Positions 1 to 14,560 of a stretch of DNA of 64,000 nucleotides are shown one piece after another (position 1 is the stretch's first letter; the number at the start of each line of letters is the position of its first letter). Source of the DNA: Octopus sinensis (lineage: Eukaryota); NCBI RefSeq assembly GCF_006345805.1, contig NC_043011.1, forward strand, positions 30,516,464 through 30,580,463, in the 5' to 3' direction. The translations under genes and the position numbers were made by a program. The notes beneath the pieces are model-generated. The model made no database searches and was not told the DNA's origin. It saw only the letters and a program-made list of their open reading frames with translations.

Positions 1-107
1 TACACAGTGAATTGTTTAAATACTGTTGTGTTTGTCAAATTCTTTCACTTTAAACATGAATCCCTTGAATTACTTGCGTGGTTGTATAAGCTGATAAATG
101 TTCATTT

Positions 108-318
108 CAAATTTTGGCGCAAGGCCAGCAATTTCAAGAGAGGGTGTCAGTCGATTACACCGACCTCCAAGTACTCGACTGATACCCATTTTATTGATCC
201 TGAAAGGGTGAAAGACAAAAAGCACTATGTTGGAATTTGAACACAGACCTTAAAGACGGACGAAATACTGCTGAACACTTTGCCTAGCGTGCTAGCAGTT
301 TTGTCAGCTCGCCGCCTT
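108..318 (-). mobile_element. SINE family B (tRNA-like head, central CCTTTCATCCTTTCGGGGTCGATAAA domain), degenerate
   Basis: Reverse complement matches the copies at 6146 and 49008 (GGCGAGCTGACAAAAC..GCTAGCACGC head). Confidence 0.75.
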
Positions 319-976
319 ATACAGCTTATAAATATTGTGTATACGTGTGTGTTTGTGTGTCCATGTATGCATATATATATAATTGTTAGCATGCTTGAAA
401 AATATTTGCGTACCATTATTTTATCGACCATAAATATTAAAAGTCCTTCAGTATAACCTGTTAAGATGCACCTTTGTTACATAATAAAGAACTTCTCTTT
501 ATGTATGGATAATCATTCTTCTTTTTTTTCTTTTCAGGATGTCAGCAACTACATATGGTGTCCCTCTATAACCAAACTACACTAAAAACTTGCCGTTCTT
601 CAACTTTTTCTACAATGACCCAAACCAATTTGTGTATAAAGCAATCAAGAAATCAAACTGCAATAAACCAACCATTCTCCTTGAAATTCCGATCACAATG
701 GGTTAAAACCAAGTTCACTGGGCAGGACCTAAACTGGACTTGTGTGTTTATATAGAAACACTAATACCACATATATATGTATATATGTAATATATAATAT
801 ATATAATAAACAATATATATATATAGCTGTAATCTTTGATGTCAAAGAACAATCTGATAGACACCAAAAAAAAAAAAAGATCTTAAAAGAAAAAGAGAAA
901 GAACTAACATCATTTCGGACAATTGAATTCTTGAACTGATGTTTCGAATTTAACCCGGTGTGTATGTGCATACTTA

Positions 977-1025
<49 letters not shown>

Positions 1026-2199
1026 ATATGCACATTACTTTAGATACTGGACGAGTAGAAAGAGGCTACAACTGCTATGTTACTTGAATTAAAGACAAGA
1101 AAAACAAACAATGGTGTTTATTAATTAAAACTGGTAGAAACCGGATTCTCAACCAGAACAACAACACAATACATGGATGTACGCATCAACATACTCACAC
1201 CACCATACACAGTCATGTATATTTATAAATATACATATATCCTAATATATATATGGATGTATGTACATACAGTATAGTTGATTTCTAGCCTAGATTATTA
1301 AACCAGGTGGCTTGTGAGGTTTCACTGTATGTATACATTCATCCTCACCTGTTTGTAAATTAATCAATGAAATGTAGACTACAACGAAGAAACAATGATG
1401 ATAAGGCTACCGCGAAGGAAGATGGTGAGAAGGAAGAGGATGAAATATACGATGAAGGTAGAGATGGGAATGGCGAAGTAGATTACGAGAGTGATCACGA
1501 TGAAAGACAATTATAAAAGAAACTTTGATGCTACACACTCACACACACACACACACACACATACATATAAACATATTGTATATAATGTTGCTTGAATTGT
1601 CGGATTTTACATTGAATAGTGATTGATAAAATGAAGAGACAATAAAAACATTCACTATTTGAAAGAACTGCCTCCAGTGGTTTACATTTAAATCTGACCT
1701 AATATTATACCATATCATTCCCAATACAACCAGCATCGCAAATAGCTTCATTAACACTGATATAAAATCAGTTCCCATTTAAACAGACGACAAATGTTTA
1801 GGCAGGGTTGAGTAGTTAAAAAATTCACTTCATACTAAAGTGATGCAGATTTCACACTCAGCGCATGGCTCTTGTTGAAGTGGGTTAAATTTTTTTTTTT
1901 TTTACCCAGAGCCTCAAGGCAACCCAAGGTTTCTGGTAAAATTGGGTTGATAGAAAACGTGTGGAGGCCTATAATAGGGACTGTATCTGATGTGTAATGC
2001 AAATGTCAGGCTTTGTCACATCCTGTGTGACACTGAATGTGACTCAGAATTACATTAAGGTTATATATGGTTTTGAAATGATCAAAACCAATGTAAATTC
2101 GACGGTTAAGCTCGTCCATCGAGCAAAGTGTTGAATACTATTGAAATTGAGGGACATAAATTTTATTTTTTATATATAACCCCAACAACACACACAAGA

Positions 2200-2206
2200 T
2201 ATATAT

Positions 2207-2244
<38 letters not shown>

Positions 2245-2724
2245 CTTAATATCTGTCTATCTATATATATAATAAATATATATATATGTGTGTGTATGTG
2301 TACATATACTTCCAGCATATATATATATATACTTATATGTGGACACATTTATATGTGCGTACACAGTTTCATATACACATGAGCATTTTAAGATTCCATT
2401 CATCAAACTTAACAACCCACCTCAACAAAATCATTCCAATGAAATCCAAAATTATTTCAATTGAACTTTACAAACTATCAACGCTCCCAGAGGTGGGAGC
2501 AATATCAATGAAGTAAATACAGACATAAGCCACCGAACCCTGTGAAATGCGAGAAGCAAGTGATATGTGTTTATTAATTTATAATACTGCCTAATGTTTT
2601 GTATGTTATTTTCGTAATAAATGTGTTATACCAGCATAATACTCTGATTTTCCATGACTGTAGAAACAACCATACTTATTAGACTAACAAACATATCGTA
2701 TAAAAATGTATACAGCAGACAATT

Positions 2725-2764
<40 letters not shown>

Positions 2765-2905
2765 ATATATATATAATCAATAATGATGTATATGTATATA
2801 TGTGTTTATATATATATATATATATGTAGATATATATTTGTACGTATGTATGTATACATATATATTCATGTATGTACATATGTATATATATATAAGAATG
2901 AGTGC

Positions 2906-2936
<31 letters not shown>

Positions 2937-3278
2937 AGTATTTATAAATATGTATGTATAAATATTTGTTTATATATTTATATTTCTATGTATATATATA
3001 TTAGACTAAAATAGTATAGTAAAATACAATACACAGACAATTATATAAATATAATATATAAATATATATATATACATATATATATATGTATATATATATG
3101 TATGCATATATTTATGTATGTATTTAGGTATGCATGTATGTATGTATATATGCATGTATGTATATCTTGCCTTCAATAAAATTTCTGTTACTTTTATGCA
3201 ACTGTTACTTTTCACAATGGCCAGAATTGAAATCATTAATGATACTCTGGTATTGTAGCTGATAAAAGAGCATAAATT

Positions 3279-3333
<55 letters not shown>

Positions 3334-4052
3334 TACATTCATGCATTTATACATATATACATGCATATGTATGTGTGTGTGAGCTTGTGTGAGTGTATCT
3401 TTGTGTGTGTGTAAATATATATATATAGTTACAAGCATATATAGAAAGTTCAAACTTGTTGTAAGTCTTCCATATTGCAAAGCATTCTACTTTGAAACTC
3501 CTATCGCTCATCAGTTATCAAGTAAGAATTAATTTGTGACTGAAAGTCACAGGAATTATTTATTATACAGCTATGAATGGTCAAATAGGCCAACAAATGG
3601 ACACATTAAGACTGTAAATTGATGAAACTATATCATACACACAAACACACACATATATATATATATAATATATATATATATATATAATATATATATATTA
3701 TATATAATATATATATATATATTAGTAGGTACAGTTTTGACATCATATCCATCTACATAAAACCAAGCTAAACATGTTCTAATAAAGTATTCAATATAGA
3801 CACTTAGGTTAAATTTTTTAGATTGTTGAAATTGACTTTAAGTGTCCTTTGAATTAGCATTTTTTCAATGTAACACATGCATACACACATATATATATAT
3901 ATGTAAATATATATATATATGTGTGTGTGTGTTTGTGTATGCATATATATATACATATATATATATATGTATACATATATATATATGTATATGCATACAT
4001 ATATATGCAGACACATATATATATATACATATATACACATGTATATGTATAA

Positions 4053-4096
<44 letters not shown>

Positions 4097-4308
4097 GTTC
4101 TTATATATATTCTGTCTCTGTTTATTTCTTTGTGTCCTTTCTGTTGAAGAGCATAGGTTCGAAACGTAAAAGACTTTCTCAACTTCCTGAGTATGAAGCT
4201 AATACACCTACTTGTTTTTTATACACCTGTCATCGTCTTTTGTCTTCCTGTAAATTTCAACTATATATATCTGTACATGTGTGTGTGAATGTGTGTGTGC
4301 ATGTGTGG

Positions 4309-4347
<39 letters not shown>

Positions 4348-4634
4348 ATGCATATTAGCATATATGTATGCATATATATATATGTATGTATGTAAATATA
4401 TGTATGTAAATATATGCATGTATATATGTATGTATGTATATATCTATATATATACATATATGTATATGTATATATGTATGTATATGTATATTTGTATGTA
4501 TATATATATATGTGTGTGTGTGTGTGTATGTTTGTGTGTTTGTATATATATATCTATATATTTATATCTATCTGTATATATATATATGTCTATATATATA
4601 TCTATATCTATATATATGTATATATATATATATC

Positions 4635-4689
<55 letters not shown>

Positions 4690-4725
4690 TTATATATATG
4701 TGTATGTATGTATATATATTTATAT
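2200..4725. repeat. Cluster of (TA)n/(TATG)n/(TG)n microsatellites with short repeat-derived spacers
   Basis: Direct inspection; it explains the Y/I-rich ORFs here. Confidence 0.95.
4110..4262 (+). mobile_element. PLE-type terminal fragment embedded in (TA)n, with a hammerhead-like motif
   Basis: GTCCTTT-CTGTTGA-AGAGCATAGGTTC-GAAACGTA-AAAGAC, flanked by TA arrays. Confidence 0.5.
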
Positions 4726-5420
4726 ATCATGAAGCCAGTCCATTCAGACATGTTTTTCTTTTTCCATATACTGTATTTCATATTCTATGAGTGGTTGTAT
4801 TTCTTGTTTTATGTCTTTCATCTTTTATACTATAAGACACAGAAACCACTTACTTCAGAGGCACTTGACAACATTTACTGCACTGTTGTATGACAAAGAC
4901 AAACTTTGTCAAATGCTTTGCTTAAAACCCTGTTGATGACAGCTTGCATCAGACAGCCTCCGGTTCTGTGATAATAAACCTCTCATATGAAGAGTCCATA
5001 TTCAAACTGAAACTTTCCAGTAGAATTTCAAGTGATGCGCTCATTAATTTATGTACCAAATACAAGATTAATAATAAAGTTTTCAGTTGTTTTATTAAAT
5101 CTCTCTGTTTTGTTGATTACTTTCAAAATTGAATGAAGCATATATCAAGTGAATATCATCAGAAATGTGATCAAGAGAGGGGTGAAAGACATTGGATAAA
5201 ACAGTGGACTGAGAATTGTAGTTTTACTTCCATGGCTGACATTTCCTACTATGAGTTGGGGGTTGGGAAAAACAGCATACATATTTGTTATCAACATTTA
5301 TACCCAGATTGAATGACTGGTTAATTACTGAGCAGATTAAGCATAGTATAAGTATAAACAATATATACACTCAGTTATCTTATATTGTAACGGATCATAG
5401 ATTTTACCAGTGTCAACTAT

Positions 5421-5850
5421 AGGCGTAGGAGTGGCTGTGTGGTTAGTAGCTTGCTTACCAACCACATGGTCCCGGGTTCAGTCCCACTGTGGGGCACCTT
5501 CGGCAAGTGTCTTCTACTATAGACTCGGGCCGACCAATGCCTTGTGAGCGGATTTGGTAGACGGAAACTGTAAGAAGCCCGTCGTATATATGTATATATA
5601 TATATATGTATGTATGTGTGTATATGTTTGTGTATCTCTGTTTGTACCCCCGCCCAACATCGCTTCACAACTGATCCTGGTGTGTATACGTCTCCGTAAC
5701 TTAGCGGTTCGGCAAAAATTACCCGATAGAATAAGTACTAGGCTTACAAAGAAGAAGTCCTGGGGTCGATATGCTCGATTAAAGGCGGTGTTCCAGCATG
5801 GCCGCAGTCAAATGACTGAAACAAGTAAAAGAGTAAAGAGAGTAAAGAGT
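5421..5850 (+). mobile_element. SINE family A (tRNA-like head + CORE-like GTGGCACCTTGGGCAAGTG + internal microsatellite + tail ending in AAAGAGT repeats)
   Basis: Full bipartite copy; the same sequence recurs at 14150, 30152, 32331, 34138 and 45090. Confidence 0.85.
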
Positions 5851-6014
5851 AAGCATGCTCATACATACACTACTACACTTTCATCCAATAACCAAACGCA
5901 CATACACACACACACCTATCTCTTACATTCTACCTGTGACGATGGTGGGATATACAATATAAAAGATATATTATATATAATAAATATATAAAACATTACA
6001 TAATATTGTGCATG

Positions 6015-6382
6015 TGTGGCTGTGTGGTAAGAAGCTTACTTCACAGCTACGTGGTTCCGGTTTCAGTCACACTGTGTAGCACTTTTGGCAAGTGTCTTCT
6101 ACTATAGCCTCGGATCGACCAAAGCCTTGTGGGTAGGTTTGGTAGGGCAGAAACGTTAGCACGCCGGGCGAAATGCTTTGTGGTATTTCGTCCGCCGCTG
6201 CGTTCTGAGTTCAAATTCCGCCGAGGTAGACTTTCATCCTTTCGGGGTCTATAAATTGAGTACCAGTTTCGCACTGGGGTCGATGTAATCGACTTAATCC
6301 CTTTGTCTGTCCTTGTTTGTCCCCTCTGTGTTTAGCCCCTTGTGGGCAATAAAGAAATAGGAAACTGAAAAATCCTCTTACA

Positions 6383-6422
<40 letters not shown>

Positions 6423-6590
6423 AACAGTATGTGTGTGTGTCTTTGTGTATGTGTTTGTCCCCACGTTACTGCTTGACAAGCTGTGCTGGTTTGTTTATGC
6501 TCCTGCAACCTAGCGGTCCAGCAAAAGAGACCGATAGAATAAGTAGAAGGCTTAAAAAAAATAAGTCCTGACGTCGATTGTTCAACTATA
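6015..6590 (+). mobile_element. SINE family A interrupted by a SINE B insertion
   Basis: The head breaks at TTGGTAG (6145) and resumes as GAAACTGAAA at 6361; the tail follows at about 6440-6590. Confidence 0.75.
6146..6361 (+). mobile_element. SINE family B, tail type 1
   Basis: GGCAGAAACGTTAGCACGCCGGGCGAAATG...TTGTGGGCAATAAAGAAATAG. Confidence 0.85.
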
Positions 6591-6602
6591 TATATTATAT
6601 AT

Positions 6603-7890
<1,288 letters not shown>

Positions 7891-7994
7891 TTCACTTTTT
7901 TAAATTATGATATTCTAACAAAATTAGCGCTTTCATACATCGTGTACTCATCAGATTTTAAATGTATTTAACTGACAGTTGAGTTCTTGACAAC

Positions 7995-8402
<408 letters not shown>

Positions 8403-9311
8403 TGTATGTATGTATGTATGTATGTATGTATGTATGTATGTATGTATGTATGTATCATATGCTGGCAGTAGTGCATTTTCGAGCAATTCACTTAAGATCA
8501 GCATGAAAAATGCGCGTTTCTTCTAAAATAGCCACGTTTTCCTTATTTGTTTCCTCCATTGGTGGTGAAGACAGGCATTGCTTTCCCAGTGAGCCTTCTA
8601 TATCTCACATGCCTTCAACAGGCTCTTTACACAATCCTTAACTGCAAATATCTTAATAATACTAAATCTCTAGAAACAGCATACTTTATATAATACTACA
8701 TTATAATAATACTAAATCTCAGAAACAGCATACTTTATATTAATTTTTTTACATATTTATTTTCATGCTTACTTTATGCAGTTCGGTACGAGGTTTTGTG
8801 GTATCTGGACTTCTATTTATTAATGAAAACGATTAAACAGAATTTTTGTTTGTTATTTCTTGACGAAAAAACTTGGCTTTCCTGACGTTTTTTAGAATTA
8901 TTTTCAAGTGAGTACCATTACAAAAAAGTTTTGGCACATTTAAAACGTATTTTAAAGTGAAAATGACTTTAAATATACGGTAAATATTTCGTAAAAGACC
9001 AGTTCGTAACCTCGGTAGGAAATGTTTTTCCATAAATTTTTTCGAGGGCATTCAACATATCTCACCTCCAAAGGTTTGGCTGCTATTTCTAGCACGCCTG
9101 CTACCACGTAACTGCGATTTGCGATAAAAGACCCGAAATACTTGTTACGTGGTAGCAAGGCGTGCCATAAATAGCAGCCAAATCTTTCCTTTTTGGAAGA
9201 AAGTATGCGAAATAACCTTGAAAAGAAAAAAAATTAACTCACGAAACAAAACTCAGTTGCCGGGAAACTCAGAATACATATACACTTATATATTTATGGG
9301 CATATATATAA

Positions 9312-9612
9312 AAGACTCCCTTCTGTCATGAATGACCATGGGATTGCACCAAGAAAATTCCCTTCTGAGCAAGGTTGTTTATGGAAGACCAGCAGCAACC
9401 CATGCATACCAGCCTCATCTCTCCACGCCACCGATGTTATCCAAAGGAAAGGCAAAGGCCAATACAGCTTGGCACCAGTGGTGTTGCAACTCATTTCTAC
9501 AGCTGAGTGTGCTGGAGTAACATGAAATAAAGTGTCTTGCTCAAATATACAATTCACAGCCAGATCTGGAAATCGAACTCAGAACGTCATGATCTAGCCA
9601 TGCGCCTTCACC
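9312..9612 (-). mobile_element. SINE family D
   Basis: Reverse complement matches 46987-47296 (AAATGAGTTGC, GGTGCCAAGCTG, CAATCCCATGGTCATTCATGAC). Confidence 0.75.
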
Positions 9613-10444
9613 TTACTCGATACAAAATGCGTAACTAGGGATTTATTCCAATATCTGTAACACTCTTAATTGTAGACCTTCTTCATTTGGCCTTTCCTTT
9701 GTTTAAAGAGTAACAGCAAATACATTTCCTTCCAAGAAACACGTTTTCGTGTTTTAAAGATTTTCTAATTGTCGTAATATTCCTTTCTATTATAGGTACA
9801 AGACCTGAAGTTTTGTGAGTGGATGCTAGTCGATTTCGTCGGCTCTAGTACTCGATTGGTACGTAAAGTAAAGACAGACGCAATGCCGCAAAGTATTTTG
9901 TCCGGCGTGCTAACATCTACCCTCTGTGTGAAAAGTCTGACTGTATCCGAAAAAATATATATTATGAAACAAAAATAAACACAAAATTTATCATACGAAT
10001 CTGTTACCACCACGACAGTCAACTATTTGACGCCGAACACGAGTTTGATGTTGAATACATCCACGAATTTTCCACTCTGATAGCTCTTCCCAAGACTGCA
10101 AGTATTGCTAGTCTATCTCTCTCACTAATTTGTTCACCTCGCCTGCGAGCCATCTAAAGTTAATAATGATTCTGCTAATTCCACGGGTAAAGATGTGTTG
10201 AATAGAACTCACTGAATAAATCTTAATTAACTGCGTTGTCAATTGTATGCACCTGACATATGCTAACGTGTATGCAGCCAGACTTTTCACACAGAGAATA
10301 TATGTTATAACGATGGACCAAGAAAGAATAAAACACGGTATTGTATTTCTATGTCGTGAGAAACTCCATGACCGCCCTATTTTGGTTCAAAATAAATTTC
10401 ATAAAATCTTAGGGATTCCAATTTGATGATATTTTCGTAAATTA

Positions 10445-10553
10445 TTATTATTATTCAGGTCACTGCTTGGAATCGAACTCGGAATCTTGGGGGTTAGTAG
10501 CTCGCGCTCTTTTCTCTCACCGACTTTGTTTCCACTACGTCATATGCCCGAAG
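10445..10553 (-). mobile_element. Short tRNA-like SINE head carrying a small templated insertion
   Basis: GGAATCGAACTC (B-box on the minus strand) and CCACTACG (A-box side). Confidence 0.55.
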
Positions 10554-10899
10554 GCATCAACATGTCTGACAACCTGCTTCAATAAAACTAACGATGACAT
10601 ATTCACTCTGATATGTATCTCCCGTCAACTAATGTCTGTGTTGTAAAAATGATAGTAATTTTCATTTTAACATTTTGTTTTTTTCTCGAAAAGGATTTTT
10701 TAATTTTTATTTTAAACATCCGAGGATTCTCATTCTTTGACATACTTTTCATATTATTGCTCTTTGCATTCGTGGTTTTTCTCTCACCGACTTTCTTTCC
10801 ACATAATTTTCTTTTCGTGAGTTGCATTTTAGATTAAGATGATTTGAGAAAAGAAATTTAAATTGTTTTTCTTTGTGTCTTTTTAAGACCCACTCCGCC

Positions 10900-11260
10900 G
10901 CTGAACTTTGACTAAATGCTCATTTGTTAAAGAAATTTTCTGGAGATACGTTTTAGTGGGTGTACAATTACGATTATCTTGATAAAATTTCAAAGAAAAC
11001 ATCTAGGAAGTGTTTAGGGTAAGTCATCCAATCTTCTTGGAATTGAACAATCACCCATAACTCTTTTAACGTTTGAGCTCACACTTATGTTGCTTCTCAT
11101 CTCATTTTTACCAGTAAAAAAGAAATCTTTGTAGAAAGGTGAATATACTGCTAACACTCTAACTGTTGAATACAAATTTCTTTCATTCTGAAACAGTGAA
11201 AAGGCGATAATCTGGAAGAATCAATAGAACATTGGACAAAATTCTTAATGATATTTTTTC
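10900..11260 (-). mobile_element. Possible decayed L1/Tx1-like APE endonuclease remnant
   Basis: Minus-strand fragments TVRVLAVYSPFYKDFF and RVMGDC resemble the APE motifs (NVYAP..FF, MGDFN); many breaks. Confidence 0.3.
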
Positions 11261-11400
11261 TTGAGTTTTACGGGCTTTTTGGGCTCATTGCCTGTGTTTT
11301 AAACAGCATACAAATATTGCTCAAATCCAACCACATTAGGCCAAAAGAAAGAAAAGGGAAGAACACAAAGAACACACGAGATAATGCATAAATAATGTAC

Positions 11401-11451
<51 letters not shown>

Positions 11452-11961
11452 AGACTATTCCATCTTCAGAGAGAAAAAATTGAGGCGAATCCTTTGTCGA
11501 GAATTTTAGCAGTTAACAGTTCCATCGTCGAAGACAGAGTGAGATCCTCTACTAAAGATCTACCTCAATTTTAACCTCTTTGAAGATGGAATATTTTGCT
11601 TCTGTATGGATAGCTTATCTTCGTTTACTGAGAAAAGCACCGTTCTGGAAACAGCTGTACGAAACTATCTATACACCTTCTAACTCCCTTGTTTCTATGA
11701 TACTCTCTTAGCTAACAACTCTATTGTAATAACTCAACAATTATGTCTAAATATGTAAATTCCATGTTCTGAACTGATACTAGTTGTTTGCCTCTTCATT
11801 CTCTTATCATACATGTATCTGGTCAATGATAAACTACTCCCAGCTATTCATTGTTCGGCAACTACAACACCACAATTTGCTTAAGTCGCAATTCAAGTCG
11901 GAGTTTTAAGTGGTAAGTCAACCTGACCACTTACGCTTATTACTTTACTCAGTCGATGCAA

Positions 11962-11972
11962 TTTTACCTGAA

Positions 11973-12068
<96 letters not shown>

Positions 12069-12080
12069 GTGTGTGTGTGT
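11962..12080. repeat. (CT)n/(TG)n microsatellite
   Basis: Direct inspection. Confidence 0.95.
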
Positions 12081-12134
12081 GTGAACCTGCTTGTCTGTCT
12101 GTGTCTCACTCTCTATGTGTATACAGATCTCTCT

Positions 12135-12375
12135 CTCTCTATCCGCTCAGTCGAAGTCGACTCTCGGTCACTCGTTGGATCAGTGTCCTCCAGTCAGTTC
12201 TATCCTGGGCCGCTTCTTTCAGATTGGCTATGTCCATTCCGGTATCACTCTTGATGGTGTTAAGCCAGCGGGTTCTTGGTCGGCCTCTTCCTCACTTGCC
12301 ACTGACCATTCCGAGCATGATGTTCTTCTCCAGGGATTTTCTCCGCATAATATGACCGAAATATGCCAATCTGCC
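12135..12375 (-). mobile_element. RTE-clade LINE 3' end (5'-truncated)
   Basis: Minus translation LAYFGHIMRRKSLEKNIMLGMVSGK*GRGRPRTRWLNTIKSDTGMDIANLKEAAQDRTDW, a typical RTE C-terminus. Confidence 0.85.
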
Positions 12376-13327
12376 AATATGCCAATCTATACTTCAATAT
12401 GCCAATCTATACTTCTTACCCTACCTCCTTGTACTCTATAACATTCCTCAACCAGAAATTTGGGGCTACATCTTGTGTACAAAAGATAATGATTTTAAAC
12501 GATAATGATAAAGCCTTGTTTTAAGTTATACAGATATATATATATATTCAGATATATATTCAGAGAGCGTGGTGAGAGAGCGATCTGTTTAATGTAAAGT
12601 AATAGTCAGCCTGACAAATGATTGGATATGTAAATAGAAATTAAAATGAAATAACAAAAGTGTCAGGTCGGTCGTGTTGATAGATGGTTTTAAAAAATCT
12701 TAACAAAAATTTTGCAATATGACATTTTACGTAACTTTGAAGTCTATGATATATTTGCACATGTACAAAGGAACAACAACATATGTACTCAGCTACTTTG
12801 AACATATTTATGCAATGACAGGTTTTAACTTAAATGCACCACTATTAGTTTATATCAGAAGAACTGATGTTATGAGTTTTCATGTATTTCTAAAGGACAT
12901 TTCAGTTGCATATTTCTGTTGCTACTTGGTCTATGAGGAATGAAATGAATTGCTAACTTCGGCGATATTTGAATTCAAATCAGCGAAACATCGAACTTGA
13001 TAACGGGAAACAGTGATTCTCAAACATCTAAGGTATCAGTTTTTGGCTCTACTTCTTACCCTACACCCTTGTACTCTATAGCATTCCTCAACCAGAAATT
13101 TGGGGCTACATCTTGTGTACAGAAGATAATGATTTTAAACGATAATGATAAAGCCTTGTTTTAAGTTATATCACATTGCAGATTTCCACTATCTCATTGT
13201 AGGACGAATGATACTTGCATTCACTTAGAGAATGAAGTCTCTACCACATCCAGTTAGGTGATCTATTGAATTTACATCACTTACCATCTTTAAATAGATG
13301 GATAAACTGACGAAAGTTGACAAAATA

Positions 13328-13893
13328 TTGGGTTGCCCGGAAAGTTCGTGCCGATTTATAGTAACTTACCTTTCCACTTATTTTAGAGCATGGTTGAGTC
13401 CGTAAAATAGGATTTGGCTACACCTCCATTTAGAGCACAGCTTAAGCTTTCTTTTCGTGAAATAAGGTTTATGTTCCTATAACCTGCGTTAATTCTGTAG
13501 CCCTTTAAAATGGAAGATAAGAAAGTTCCTTTTCGGCCCTTGATGCTTTGGAAACCAGACAGAAATTGCTGCAGCTCGGCTGGGATGTGGTACCCCACCC
13601 TCCATATTCCCCAGATATTGCTCCTTCGGATTTCCACTTATTCAGGTCTCTGCAGAATAGTCTTAATGGTAAAAATTTCAATTCCTTGGACGACGTAAAA
13701 AGATACCTTGATGAATTCTTTGCCATGAAACCACCTCAATTCTGGGAAGAGGGTATTTTCAAGTTAAAGGAAAGATGGAGACGCATTGTGCAACAAAATG
13801 GTTCATATTTGGTTGATTAAAAATGTAATGGCAAGTATTTATTGACCTTTTTCTTTCCTATAAAAATCGGCAGGAACTCTCCGGACAACCCAA
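13328..13893 (+). mobile_element. Mariner non-autonomous deletion derivative
   Basis: TIRs TTGGGTTGCCCGGAAAGTTC / GAACTCTCCGGACAACCCAA with TA TSDs (13326-27, 13894-95). The N-terminus MEDKKV.FR is fused to the C-terminus ETRQKLLQLGWDVVPHPPYSPDIAPSDFHLFRSL (mariner YSPDL-type motif). Confidence 0.95.
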
Positions 13894-14149
13894 TAGATTG
13901 ACATGTACATGGATAGACAAACATATAACCTCAACATGATCGCTCAACGTGCTATAATTAGCAGCTAACTCTCCCGTAAAATGTATCTTTGCGTCTTAAA
14001 AAAAAAGAAAGTTTGCATTTATTAGTGTAATAATAAAAAAAAACACTTTTTAAAAAACGTGATGGTAACGGTTGGTACACCTTTGCTCGCGGGCCTAACC
14101 AACTACTAATTTTGCCATATCTACCTTCATTCGTGTTATTATTTATGTG

Positions 14150-14560
14150 TAACTCTGTGATAAGTAGTTTCTTCCCAACACGTGGTTTTGGGTTCAGTCC
14201 CGCTGCATGACACCTTGGGCAAGTATTTTCTACTATAGCTTCAGAGCGACTAAAACCTTGAGTGGATCTGGTTGACGGAAATTGATAGAAGCCCAATAAA
14301 TATGTGTGTGTGTGCGCGCGCGCACATATGCGTCTATATGTACATGTGTGTGTGTGTGTTTGTCCCCCACGACCGCTTGACAACTGGTGTTGGTGTGTTT
14401 ACGTCCCCATAACTTAACGGCGAAAGAGACTGATAGAATCAGTATCAGGTTTAAAACAAAATAAGTACTAGGGCCGATTCATTCAATCCAAGTTCCCCAA
14501 GGCGGTGCCTCAGCACCGTCACAGTCCAATGACTGAAAGAAGTAAAAGAGAAAGATATAA
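14150..14560 (+). mobile_element. SINE family A
   Basis: Head, internal TG/CG microsatellite and tail match the copy at 5421. Confidence 0.8.

Noticed and set aside
540-755. Strong acceptor followed by a short ORF
   Set aside because: No good donor and no recognisable peptide; it could be a terminal exon but is unsupported.
1383-1516. Acidic D/E-rich reading frame
   Set aside because: Looks like decayed GAT/GAA low-complexity sequence and has no splice signals.
1539-1778. Transmembrane-like ORF on the minus strand
   Set aside because: T-rich DNA gives hydrophobic peptides by chance, and the ORF runs into a microsatellite.
3481-3520. CTGATGAG on the minus strand near GAAAC
   Set aside because: GAAAC is on the opposite strand, so there is no hammerhead topology.
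4854-4935. SKAFDKV RT-like motif and GAA|GTAAGT donor on the minus strand
   Set aside because: No other RT motifs nearby; the only open frame needs a weak acceptor.
8654-8740. 37-bp direct duplication (also 23 bp x2 at 24705-24750)
   Set aside because: Real, but ordinary local slippage duplications.
10888-11018. Exon with a strong acceptor and AGG|GTAAGT donor
   Set aside because: All three frames contain stops, and it is antisense to a probable LINE remnant.
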